Of a stretch of 64,000 bases of DNA, positions 48,854 through 58,180 are shown in pieces. The DNA is from Candidatus Aminicenantales bacterium (GTDB lineage: Bacteria > Acidobacteriota > Aminicenantia > Aminicenantales > UBA4085). The translations under genes were made by a program, and so were the position numbers. Below the pieces are notes generated by a model that saw only the letters and a list, made by a program, of their open reading frames with translations, was not told the DNA's origin and searched no databases. Numbering within the stretch: the first letter of the stretch is position 1; each line of letters starts with the position of its first letter. The DNA is taken from contig JBEKTZ010000003.1 in assembly GCA_049515535.1 (NCBI GenBank), positions 124,001 to 188,000 of the forward strand. The letters run 5' to 3'.

Positions 48854-51340
48854 TCAGCGGAGAGGGACGATCTGCAGGAGATACGGGTCGACTTTCAAGT
48901 TTTCGCCGGATTTTTTCACGAACTCGAAATTGATCTCGTAGACATAGAGATTTCGGAAAAGGACATAGGCTTCCGGCTTCAGGATCAATTCCTTCTTTTC
49001 GCGCGTCGTCCGGCCTTCGAAGACCGGCCGGTCGAAGAGGGCGGCTTTCACGTCGTGCTCACCGGCCTCCGAGCCGAAGACGAGTTTGATTTTTTCGAGC
49101 TTTTCCCTGGAGCCGAAGACGACGTCATAGGCGCGGTCGTCGTGGAGATAGAGTTCGCCTTCATTTTTCGCCACGACGTCTTTTCCCAGCGGGAAAAGAT
49201 AAAGCCCGATCTGCTGCTGCGTGGAATATGTGAAGATCTGAGCGGGGTAGAGAACGGTCCTGGGAAATAAGATCCAGAGCCAAACCGCCGCGCCCAGAAG
49301 GCCGACGGCCGCCCCCAAACGGAGGCCGGCTCTCTCCGCGGCGGACGGGGCCCCGGGCTTTGCCCGGGGGTCTACTTCCGCCGCGAAGGCTCGTCCCTTG
49401 ACCGCCGGCCGCCTGGCTTTGAAGACGACATAGGCGATGACGAACAAGACGATGGCTGCGATCCAGGCATAGTTCGGCCCATAGCCGAGATTATTGATTT
49501 TGATGAAGGACGGCAGGTATTGCGGCAGAAAAATATGCATGTTGCTCAGGAAGATAAAGAACTCGCCGGCCCTCTGCGTGACTTCGTGGGTCGTGGGCTG
49601 GTAAAGAAACGAGGGATGAAAGAGCAAGAGCGCCGTCATCGCCAACGTCGCCAGCCCGGCCGCCCAGAACAGGGTCGTAAAGATCTTGCGGCGGTTGAAC
49701 GCCAGAAAATAGCCGATCAGCAGCGCGCCGATCCAGGACAGCGGAGCCAGCACGCGCGCCTGGGGACAGGCGCCCTGCCGGTGGGTGAAGAACGCGTAAT
49801 TCAAGAGAAAAGGGAGCGACAAAAAGAGGAGAATAAAGAGATCGCGCTTCGATTTCCGAAAAACCTCGACGAGGCCGAGAAACATGAAAAAATACAGGGG
49901 CGAATAGAGGAGCAGGCCGTCGCGCTGGTCCAGAAAATAATCGAAGAACGTGTCCGACCGCGCCCAGAGAGGGTAGCTGAGCCAGGCTTCCTTGAGGGCC
50001 TGGGCCTGTTCGGGCGAGATGATGCCCTCATAGACGGCGAACGGCGAGATCGTGCCGTACAGGCTGAATACGAAATAATAGAAAAGGACCGCGCCGAGGA
50101 GGGGGAAGAGGAGAAACAGAAGGATCCTGGCCCTCATTTTGTGCCGGGTCCATAGAAAATACAGGCAGACGAGGAGAAGCGGCCAGAAAATGAGGTTATA
50201 TTTCAGCCCGAACCAGAAAAACGTGCCGAGCAGGAATCCCAGGAAGAGAAGAAGCCCGTTGGAGAGAGGCCTGCCGGAAGAAATTTTCCGGAAAACGTAG
50301 ATCGAAAAGAGGGCGATCGGGATTTCCGGATAAAGATGGACGGCGTAAAAGAGGACGGGCGTGCTGAAGGAATAGAAGAGCCAGATCGTCAAGGCCAGGT
50401 TTTCCTTGCGCCAAAGCTCTCGGGCAAGGAGAAAGATCTGCAGCCCGAGGAGAACCGCCCAGATGGAAAGACTGCTTTTTAGGACGAACGTCAGCCACTT
50501 GCCCTTGAGGAGCTGGCCGACTCCGTACCAGGGCAGCATGAGCACCGAGATCCCCGGCAGGTTGATCGGATAGATGTAGTCTTTTCCTTTTTTTCCGTAC
50601 CGGCCGTAGATGCCCAGTCTCAGGCGGGGGTTGTTTTCCCGGGAATAAAAATGAAAATAATCCTCGTTGGCGTAATTGTTGGCCAGGTTGATGTCCTTGT
50701 CGTAGAGGAGGCTGTGGGTCGTGAGGAGGTAATAAGGCTCATCGCCGGTGAAGGTGACGTCCTGCGACACGAGCGCGAACGCGCAGAGGTTGTAAATGAT
50801 GAATGCCGCGAAGAAGAGAACGACGAGTTTTTTCCGGAGGGAGAGGGCGTGGAATCGGGCCGTCCATTTTTTGAGAGCGTTGGGCCGGTCCTTGAGCAGC
50901 GGCGAAAGCCCGGCGATCTTGAGATAGAAAACGGCGAGGGCGACGAAAACGCCGAGCAGGCCGAGGCGGACCTGGAAATCCGATCGCGTCATGTAGTGCG
51001 CGTGAAGGAGCGGGGACAGCAGGAAGAAAAGGAACGGCGCGGCGGCGTGCGCGTTGAGTCTGAGCCGCTCTTCGAGTTCGGCGCCGAGCTTTTTCGTCTC
51101 GATCCTTGCGGAAATCCTTATCCCCGCCGTGAGCAGGATGAAGAAAAAAGCCCAAAAAAAGAAAAACAGGATCAGGGGCGGACCAACCATCCGAAATCCG
51201 TGGCTGAGGATCGTATAGGACCCCGATTGAAGAATGCTGTTGAGATAAGTCGAGAGGCCGGCCGATCCGAATAAGGCACGGATCGTCGCCGGCAGACCGC
51301 GCCTGCCTTTCATGGCTTGAGGTATATTCGACTTGCCCAT
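48854..51340 (-). CDS. Polytopic membrane protein, putative GT-C glycosyltransferase, carrying an in-frame family A insert
   Basis: GDEPYYLL acidic loop motif, DQRDGLL and many transmembrane segments. Paralog of 52148-54523. Start uncertain. Confidence 0.7.
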   Translation of the reverse strand: MGKSNIPQAMKGRRGLPATIRALFGSAGLSTYLNSILQSGSYTILSHGFRMVGPPLILFFFFWAFFFILLTAGIRISARIETKKLGAELEERLRLNAHAAAPFLFFLLSPLLHAHYMTRSDFQVRLGLLGVFVALAVFYLKIAGLSPLLKDRPNALKKWTARFHALSLRKKLVVLFFAAFIIYNLCAFALVSQDVTFTGDEPYYLLTTHSLLYDKDINLANNYANEDYFHFYSRENNPRLRLGIYGRYGKKGKDYIYPINLPGISVLMLPWYGVGQLLKGKWLTFVLKSSLSIWAVLLGLQIFLLARELWRKENLALTIWLFYSFSTPVLFYAVHLYPEIPIALFSIYVFRKISSGRPLSNGLLLFLGFLLGTFFWFGLKYNLIFWPLLLVCLYFLWTRHKMRARILLFLLFPLLGAVLFYYFVFSLYGTISPFAVYEGIISPEQAQALKEAWLSYPLWARSDTFFDYFLDQRDGLLLYSPLYFFMFLGLVEVFRKSKRDLFILLFLSLPFLLNYAFFTHRQGACPQARVLAPLSWIGALLIGYFLAFNRRKIFTTLFWAAGLATLAMTALLLFHPSFLYQPTTHEVTQRAGEFFIFLSNMHIFLPQYLPSFIKINNLGYGPNYAWIAAIVLFVIAYVVFKARRPAVKGRAFAAEVDPRAKPGAPSAAERAGLRLGAAVGLLGAAVWLWILFPRTVLYPAQIFTYSTQQQIGLYLFPLGKDVVAKNEGELYLHDDRAYDVVFGSREKLEKIKLVFGSEAGEHDVKAALFDRPVFEGRTTREKKELILKPEAYVLFRNLYVYEINFEFVKKSGENLKVDPYLLQIVPLR
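49337..49402 (-). repeat. Family A element, short form, in frame inside the membrane protein
   Basis: Encodes VKGRAFAAEVDPRAKPGAPSAA between two hydrophobic segments. Confidence 0.95.
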
Positions 51341-51405
51341 TTCTGTCAAGAGGCCTCGAATTTCAAAACTCGCCCGAAGAAATGAATTTATGGTATAAGG
51401 TACCC

Positions 51406-52185
51406 ATGGACCCGACGCCGAAGCGGACACAGAAGGTGATCGTCGTCATGCCCGCGTTCAACGCCGAGAAGACGCTCGAACGGACGCTCAACGACATTCC
51501 CCGCGAATGGGTGGACGAGATCATCCTCGTCGACGATCGAAGCCGGGACGGAACGGTGGCGCTGGCCCGCCGGCTGGGCTTGCGCGTGTTCGTCCATGAG
51601 CGGAACAGGGGGTACGGACGAAACCAGAAGACCTGCTACACCGAAGCGCTGAATCTGGGCGGCGACATCATGATCATGGTCCATCCGGACCACCAATACG
51701 ATCCCATGGTCATTCCCCAACTCGTCCGGCCTTTGCTCGACGGGGAATGCGACGCGGTGTTCGGGTCAAGGATGCTGGGCGGCCGTCCGCTCGAGGGCGG
51801 CATGCCCAAGTGGAAGTACCTGGCCAACATTTTTCTGACGGCGATCGAGAACGCGACGTTCTATATGTATTTAACGGAATACCATTCCGGGCTCCGCGCC
51901 TATTCGCGCCGCTATCTCGAGACCGTGAATTTCATGGCGAATTCCGACGATTTTGTCTTCGATTCCGAGGTCATCGCCCAGGGCGTGCTCCATAAGATGC
52001 GGATTCGCGAGATCCCGATCGCGACCCGCTACTTCCCCGAGGCCTCGCAAATCGGACTCGGCCGGAGCCTCGTCTATGGTTTTTCGATCCTCGTGACCCT
52101 CGTCAAATTCAAGCTCCATAAAAAAGGGTGGGCGAGGTTCGTGATGTTCAACGGACGGGCTGGATCGATAGAGTGTAAGGGTTGA
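51406..52185 (+). CDS. GT2 glycosyltransferase (polyprenol-phosphate sugar synthase-like)
   Basis: VMPAFNAE, VDDRSRDGT, NRGYG, HPDHQY and GSR motifs. Confidence 0.88.
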   Translation: MDPTPKRTQKVIVVMPAFNAEKTLERTLNDIPREWVDEIILVDDRSRDGTVALARRLGLRVFVHERNRGYGRNQKTCYTEALNLGGDIMIMVHPDHQYDPMVIPQLVRPLLDGECDAVFGSRMLGGRPLEGGMPKWKYLANIFLTAIENATFYMYLTEYHSGLRAYSRRYLETVNFMANSDDFVFDSEVIAQGVLHKMRIREIPIATRYFPEASQIGLGRSLVYGFSILVTLVKFKLHKKGWARFVMFNGRAGSIECKG

Positions 52186-54523
52186 CGCCGGTCCGGACGT
52201 CCGATGTTTTTTCCAAATGGACCGTGAGATCGTAGAGGTATGACGTTTTCCAGCGGTAGGCTGGCGGATTATCCAGAATTCTGTCCTTCATCTCCCGCCG
52301 CGTGACGTCGGCGAAGAGGGGGGCGTCGAACATCTTCAGCTCCAGATGATAATCGCCTTGCAGGGAGCCGAACTCGATTTTGAGCTTGTCGAAGGGCTTG
52401 CCCGAGGCATAATAAAAATGATAATCCCGATTGTCTTCAACCAGTGAAAATCCGCCGCCTTCCCTCAAAAGGGCCGCGCGGGAAAGGGAATAAAAAGTCA
52501 TCTTTTCGCCGGAGGGGAGGGCGACTTTGCGGGGCGGGCCGAGCGTGAGCCGCGGATAAAAAGCGAACCAGATGAAAAACAGAATCAACCCCGCGGCCGT
52601 CAGCGCTCGATGCTGAGCGAATCTCAAGGAAAACGCATGGTTCCGGACGAGAAGATCGGTCGCTACGAACGCCAGAATCAGTGCGGGCCAGACGAAATTC
52701 GGCAACCAGCGCCATTCCGCGATTTTGATGAAGGAGGGGAGGATGTTCGGAATATAGAAATGAAGATGGCTGAGAATGTAGAAGAGATCCCCCCCGCGTT
52801 CCGTGGTTCCGGATGTTGTCTCTTGATAAAGGGCGAGGGGATTCCAACAAAGGAGCCAGACATTGATGAAGCTGAGGCCGATCGCGAAATTCATCAAATA
52901 AGCGAAAATCTTTTTCCCGTTATAAGCCAGGAAATAGCCGAGGAGGATCGCCGGTCCCCAGGCGACGGCGACGAGAGGTCGGGCCTGGGGAGCATAGCTT
53001 CCCCTCTGGGTGAGGAATGCCCAAATGAGGACATAGGGTCCGGTGATGAACATCAGAAGCCAAAAATCCGCGCTTTTCTTCCGAATCATTTCGACGAGTC
53101 CGAGAAAGGCGAAAAAATAGATCGGGGCGTAAAACAGGAGGCCGTCCCGCTGGTCCAGGAAATAGTTGAGGAGCGTGTCCAACCGGAACCGGAAAGGGAT
53201 TCCCGTGAAAAGGGACTTGAGATATCCAATGGTTTGTTTCTCATCCATGGCCACTTGGATGGGGAGGGCCGTCGGGTTGAGCGAGCCGTAGAGCGAGTAC
53301 TGGAAATAGAAATACGGGATAAAAACGACCGCCGCCGGCCCCAGGAAATAAAGAAGATCCCAACGGAGACGATGCTTTTTGATGAGGACCCACAGGGCAT
53401 AGAGACAAAGAGGCCCCAGGATGAAGAAATATTTCAGGGCATGGAACCAAATGAACGAAAACAGGAGGAATCCGCAGAGGACGAGCCTGGGCCTTGACAG
53501 CCGGGGGGAAAACCGGAGCAGCCGGAACACCGTGAGCGAGAAAAGGGCGATGACGATTTCGGAATAGACGTGGATCGAATAGAAAAAGATGGGCGACGTG
53601 AAACTGAAAAGAAGCCAGATTCCCAGGGCGAGACGTTCCTTCCCCCATTCCTGCCGGGCGAAGAGATACATCTGGACGCCGAGCAGGGCTCCGAAAAGAC
53701 TCATCCCGAAGCGGACGAGGAAAAGCAGGGCGCTCTTTCCAAGCCACGTTCCCAGCGCGTAGAAGGGAAGCATCAAAAAGGAGATCCCCGGGGAATGGAA
53801 CGAATACTGGCTTCCAGGGGTCCGGCCGGGCATGGCATGGGCGCGGACGGTCGCCCCGGGAGGCAGATAACGCGAATAATCCTGCGCCGCGTAGTTATTG
53901 GCCAGGTCGAAGTCGCCGTCCTCGAGGAGGCTGTGAGTGATCAGAAGATAATGGGGCTCGTCGCCGGAAAAGAAGATCCCTCGCGAGGTCATAATCATGG
54001 ATCCGGCGTTATATATGACAAGGGCGGCGAGAAAGAGAAGGAGCATCCGACGGGGCACGGAAAGCGAGAAAAATTTGCGCGTCCACAGAAGCCAAGGCGG
54101 CGCTTGCTCCCGGACTTCGTGAACGGCCTGGACGGCCTTGAGATAGAGAATGGAAAAAATTACGGCCGTCAGGAATAATCCCAGCCTCTGGCGCAGATCA
54201 TCGAACGTCAAGTAGTGGACGAGCGTCAAGGGTGTCAACGCGAAAAAAAGGAGAGGAAAATACGTCGAGAGGTCCGCATCGAGCGCTTTTTCATAGGGGA
54301 TCCGGAAGGCCTTCGCGATCACGGCCGAAAACAGAGCCCAGACTCCGTTGAGAAGGATGAACACGGCCGCCGCGGACAGGATCAACGATCCCGGACCGAT
54401 GCCGTAAACGTGGCGGAGAAAGGTGAACGAAGGGACCTGGCCGCGGCATTGAAGAAAGAGAGCCAGGCCAAGGGCGCATAGAAAGAGAAATATCTGGTGG
54501 CCGATTTTTTGCGCCTTTGACAT
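52148..54523 (-). CDS. Polytopic membrane protein, putative GT-C glycosyltransferase
   Basis: GDEPHYLL, DQRDGLL and LPSFIKI motifs shared with 48854-51340. Confidence 0.7.
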   Translation of the reverse strand: MSKAQKIGHQIFLFLCALGLALFLQCRGQVPSFTFLRHVYGIGPGSLILSAAAVFILLNGVWALFSAVIAKAFRIPYEKALDADLSTYFPLLFFALTPLTLVHYLTFDDLRQRLGLFLTAVIFSILYLKAVQAVHEVREQAPPWLLWTRKFFSLSVPRRMLLLFLAALVIYNAGSMIMTSRGIFFSGDEPHYLLITHSLLEDGDFDLANNYAAQDYSRYLPPGATVRAHAMPGRTPGSQYSFHSPGISFLMLPFYALGTWLGKSALLFLVRFGMSLFGALLGVQMYLFARQEWGKERLALGIWLLFSFTSPIFFYSIHVYSEIVIALFSLTVFRLLRFSPRLSRPRLVLCGFLLFSFIWFHALKYFFILGPLCLYALWVLIKKHRLRWDLLYFLGPAAVVFIPYFYFQYSLYGSLNPTALPIQVAMDEKQTIGYLKSLFTGIPFRFRLDTLLNYFLDQRDGLLFYAPIYFFAFLGLVEMIRKKSADFWLLMFITGPYVLIWAFLTQRGSYAPQARPLVAVAWGPAILLGYFLAYNGKKIFAYLMNFAIGLSFINVWLLCWNPLALYQETTSGTTERGGDLFYILSHLHFYIPNILPSFIKIAEWRWLPNFVWPALILAFVATDLLVRNHAFSLRFAQHRALTAAGLILFFIWFAFYPRLTLGPPRKVALPSGEKMTFYSLSRAALLREGGGFSLVEDNRDYHFYYASGKPFDKLKIEFGSLQGDYHLELKMFDAPLFADVTRREMKDRILDNPPAYRWKTSYLYDLTVHLEKTSDVRTGVNPYTLSIQPVR

Positions 54524-54688
54524 GTTTCAGACTATTAGCCCACTTGCAAGCCAAAGTCAAGAGCGCGAGAACTTTCGTCTTTCCCATCCGTATATTAAGG
54601 ATGAGGGCGCATATTTCGGTATTTTTTAGGAGTGCTTTCTGATACACTTCTTGGTTAACATGAGCGATTTTTCTCCAGGAGGAGAGAC

Positions 54689-56248
54689 GTGAAGACAAAA
54701 ACAAGCCCGATTCTCATTCTGATCCTGGCCCTGCTTCTGTCCGGCTCGGGTCTGGCGCAGGAAAGACAGCCGCTGAGACTCAGCCTCGAGGACTGCATCG
54801 CCAAGGCCCTGAAAAACAACCTGAACGTAGCCGTCGAACAGATGAACCCGGAACTGGCCGACATCTCCATTACCCGGGCCAAGGAAATGTTCCTGCCCCG
54901 TTTCGAGCTGAGCTACGGTTCCGATCATCAGGAGACTCCTTCTTATTGGTGGCTCCAAGGCCAAGGCACAAGCCTCAACAAGATGTGGGATTACGGTCTT
55001 TCCATCGTAGAGGCGGTCCCGACCGGCGCCAGCGTCTCGTTATCGCTCCAAAGCTACAAGTCGGACACCAACCAGGCGTTCCAGCTCATCAACCCGCGCT
55101 ACGGCAGCACGCTCCGCCTCGATTTCAGCCAGCCCCTGCTCAAGGATTTCGGGCCGAAGATCGCCCGTCGCCAGGTCCTTCTGGCCGAGAACAACCTCGA
55201 TATTTCCCAGCTCCAGCTTCGGAGCACGATGATGGACACGGTTTATCTCGTCCAGGAAGCCTACTGGAATTATGTCTTTGCCATTGAAAATTACGACGTG
55301 AAGAAGCAGTCTCTCCAGCTCGGCCGGGACCTCCTGAATAAAAGCCGGAAAGAAGTCGAGTTCGGACAGCTCGCGCCGATCGAAGTGCTGAGCGCCGAGT
55401 CCATCGTCGCCTCGCGCGACGCAGACCTCATCCAAGCCGAAGGGCTCATCGCCCGAAGCGAAGAAGTCCTCAAGTCGATCATCAACCTGGCCGCCGAAGG
55501 CGACTCCCGCTTGATGAAGGTCGTCCCCATCGACAAACCCGAGTACAAAGAGATGCCCGTCGGCTTTGACCAGGCTTTTAAAGACGCCATGGAACGCCGG
55601 CCCGATTTGAAAGTCCTGCAGAAATCCATAGAGGCGAAAGATCTTAATCTGAGCGTGGCCAGAAACCAGACCCTGCCCGCCCTGGATTTGAAGCTGTCTT
55701 ACTGGAGCCCCGGCCTCGGCGGCGACCGGCTGCTCTATCTGAATGATGATCCGTTCGCGGGCGTCATTGTCGGCAAACAGCCGGGCAGCCCCGGCGACGC
55801 GCTCAAGGATGCCCTCAAATTCCGATATTCGAACTGGAACGTCGGCCTGACTCTTTCAATCCCGTTGAGTACGTTCACGACCAAAGCCGACTTGACCTAT
55901 GCCAAAATGGATCTCGGCCAAAGCCAGGTCAGGTTGAAAAGCCTGGAACAGCAGGTGGCGCTCGACGTCAGCGACGCCGTGCGGACGATCGAGACCAACG
56001 CCAAGAGAGTCGAGGCGTATCGCGTGGCGCGCGATCTCGCCGAAAAAAGCCTGGACGCCGAGGAGAAAAAGCTCAAGGTCGGGCTATCGACGAATTATTT
56101 CGTCCTCGATTTCCAGGAGAAGCTGGCCAATGCCCGCTCCGCGGAAGTCAAGGCGAAGATCGACTACATCCTGTCCGTGGAGAGGCTCGAGAGAGCCAGG
56201 GGCTTGAGCCTCGACAAGCAGACGATCAAAATCGAAGGCTCGGACTGA
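54689..56248 (+). CDS. TolC family outer membrane protein
   Basis: Signal peptide, LSLEDCIAKALKNN, RRPDL and two OEP-like halves. Confidence 0.88.
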   Translation: MKTKTSPILILILALLLSGSGLAQERQPLRLSLEDCIAKALKNNLNVAVEQMNPELADISITRAKEMFLPRFELSYGSDHQETPSYWWLQGQGTSLNKMWDYGLSIVEAVPTGASVSLSLQSYKSDTNQAFQLINPRYGSTLRLDFSQPLLKDFGPKIARRQVLLAENNLDISQLQLRSTMMDTVYLVQEAYWNYVFAIENYDVKKQSLQLGRDLLNKSRKEVEFGQLAPIEVLSAESIVASRDADLIQAEGLIARSEEVLKSIINLAAEGDSRLMKVVPIDKPEYKEMPVGFDQAFKDAMERRPDLKVLQKSIEAKDLNLSVARNQTLPALDLKLSYWSPGLGGDRLLYLNDDPFAGVIVGKQPGSPGDALKDALKFRYSNWNVGLTLSIPLSTFTTKADLTYAKMDLGQSQVRLKSLEQQVALDVSDAVRTIETNAKRVEAYRVARDLAEKSLDAEEKKLKVGLSTNYFVLDFQEKLANARSAEVKAKIDYILSVERLERARGLSLDKQTIKIEGSD

Positions 56249-56313
56249 TCGCCGCGACACGGAAAGGGAACATAGTCTTGTGTCCTCATTTTTTTTTGTG
56301 CTAAGATGGCGGG

Positions 56314-57087
56314 GTGAAGATATCGGCGGTCGTCATCACCTTCAACGAAGAAGACCGGATTGAATCCGCCCTCGAGAGCCTGACCGGCGTCGCCGACGAA
56401 ATCATCGTCGTCGACAGCCACAGCACGGACAGGACCGTCAAGCTGGCCCGCAAGCATACCGACCGCGTCTTCGAACGTCCATGGACGAGCTACGCCGACC
56501 AGAAGAATTTCGCGAATTCCCAGGCGTCGCATCCGTGGATTTTCTCGCTCGACGCGGACGAACGCCTTTCGCCCGAGCTGCGCGAAGAGCTTATCACCCT
56601 GAAAAATGACGAGCCGATTTACTCCGGTTTCACCGTCTCCCGGCGGGTCTTTTATCTCGGCCGCTGGATCAGACATTCCGGCTGGTATCCCGACCGCCGG
56701 GTCAGACTCTTCCGCGGCGACCGCGCCCGTTGGGAAGGCGAGTTCGTCCACGAGAAACTCGTCTTCAGCGGAGAAGCCGGAACGTTGAAGGGCGTCGTCC
56801 AGCATTACACCTATAAAAACATCGGCGAGCACTTGGATAGAATCAACCAATTCTCGAGCCTCGGCGCGCAGAAACTCTACGCGGCGAAAAAGAAATGCCG
56901 CTGGTATCATCTCGCCGTCCTGCCCTGTTCGCGATTTCTGAAATCGTACGTTCTCAAGCTCGGCGTCCTCGACGGGTTCGCCGGGCTCGTCGTTTCTGTC
57001 CTCAACGGTTATGCCATTTTCGTCCGGTACGCGAAGCTCCGGGAGATATGGAAAAAAGGAGAGCGACTTGAGCCTTTTCCAGATTGA
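56314..57087 (+). CDS. GT2 glycosyltransferase (LPS core beta-glucosyltransferase LgtF/KdtX-like)
   Basis: ITFNEE, DSHSTD, LDADE, YPD and VHE motifs. Confidence 0.88.
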   Translation: MKISAVVITFNEEDRIESALESLTGVADEIIVVDSHSTDRTVKLARKHTDRVFERPWTSYADQKNFANSQASHPWIFSLDADERLSPELREELITLKNDEPIYSGFTVSRRVFYLGRWIRHSGWYPDRRVRLFRGDRARWEGEFVHEKLVFSGEAGTLKGVVQHYTYKNIGEHLDRINQFSSLGAQKLYAAKKKCRWYHLAVLPCSRFLKSYVLKLGVLDGFAGLVVSVLNGYAIFVRYAKLREIWKKGERLEPFPD

Positions 57088-58180
57088 CGCGGGCAAGGAG
57101 TGGCGGGGAGGGCAGAGGCAGTCGCTTTTTCTCGCCCGAGAGCTAAGAAAAATGGGCTATCCTTTCAAGTTCGTCGTCCAGCCCGACAGCCCGCTTCATC
57201 AGAAGGCCGCCGAGGAGGGGCTCCCTGTCTTTCCGCTCCGGATCAAGAGCGAGCTGCACCTCGGGGCGTTGTATCGATTGTCCCGGGCCATGAAACGCGC
57301 CGGCTGCACGCTGGCTCATTTTCACGACGCCCACGCGGTCTCGGTCGGCCGGCGCGCCGCGAGCCGGGCCCGCGTTCCCATCCGGGTCATCTCCCGGCGC
57401 GTGGATTTCCCGCTGAAAAAAAACCCGTTTTCCCGTAAAAAATACAAGGACGACGTGGACGTCATCATTGCCATTTCCGAGGGCGTGAAGAGCGTTTTGA
57501 TCAAAGGCGGCATCGACCCGGCGGCGATCGAAGTCGTACCGTCAGGTATCGATTTCTCGCCGTTCGACGAGGTCAAGTCCAGGGACTTCCTCCGCAAGGA
57601 GTTCCGTTTCGCTCCGGACGATTATCTCGTCGGCATCGTCGCGGCGCTCGAGGACCATAAAGGGCACCGGGATCTGATCGAGGCAGCGCGGTGGATCAAG
57701 TTTCACGCGCCGAGGGTCAGGATCATCATCGTCGGTAAGGGCTCGCTCGAAATGGAGCTCGACCAGAAGGCGCGCGCTCTTCAAGTGGACGACGTGGTTT
57801 ATTTTCTGGGATTCCGGGAGGACATCCCGCGCATTCTCGCCTCGCTCGATCTGTTCGTCCTGTCGTCCCACCTGGAAGGCCTGGGGACGTCGATCATGGA
57901 CGCCATGGCCTGCCGGCTGCCGGTCGTGGCGACCGAAGTCGGCGGAATTCCCGAGGTCGTCATCGACAATGAGACCGGCCTCCTCGTTCCTCCGCGCAAC
58001 CCGCAGGCCCTGGCCGAAGCCATCGTCCGCCTCTACTACGAAAGGCTCCTGGCCGCCCGCCTCGGCAACCGCGGCTACGAGGTCGTCCACGAAAAGTTCT
58101 CGGCCGAGGCGATGGCCCGCCGCATCATCGCCGTCTACGAAAGAATAGCCGCCCGAAAAGGAATCCGACTTCGTGGATAA
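57068..58180 (+). CDS. GT4 glycosyltransferase
   Basis: WRGGQRQ, HKGH, EGLGTSIMDAM and GGIPE motifs. TTG start inferred. Confidence 0.88.
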   Translation: MSLFQIDAGKEWRGGQRQSLFLARELRKMGYPFKFVVQPDSPLHQKAAEEGLPVFPLRIKSELHLGALYRLSRAMKRAGCTLAHFHDAHAVSVGRRAASRARVPIRVISRRVDFPLKKNPFSRKKYKDDVDVIIAISEGVKSVLIKGGIDPAAIEVVPSGIDFSPFDEVKSRDFLRKEFRFAPDDYLVGIVAALEDHKGHRDLIEAARWIKFHAPRVRIIIVGKGSLEMELDQKARALQVDDVVYFLGFREDIPRILASLDLFVLSSHLEGLGTSIMDAMACRLPVVATEVGGIPEVVIDNETGLLVPPRNPQALAEAIVRLYYERLLAARLGNRGYEVVHEKFSAEAMARRIIAVYERIAARKGIRLRG

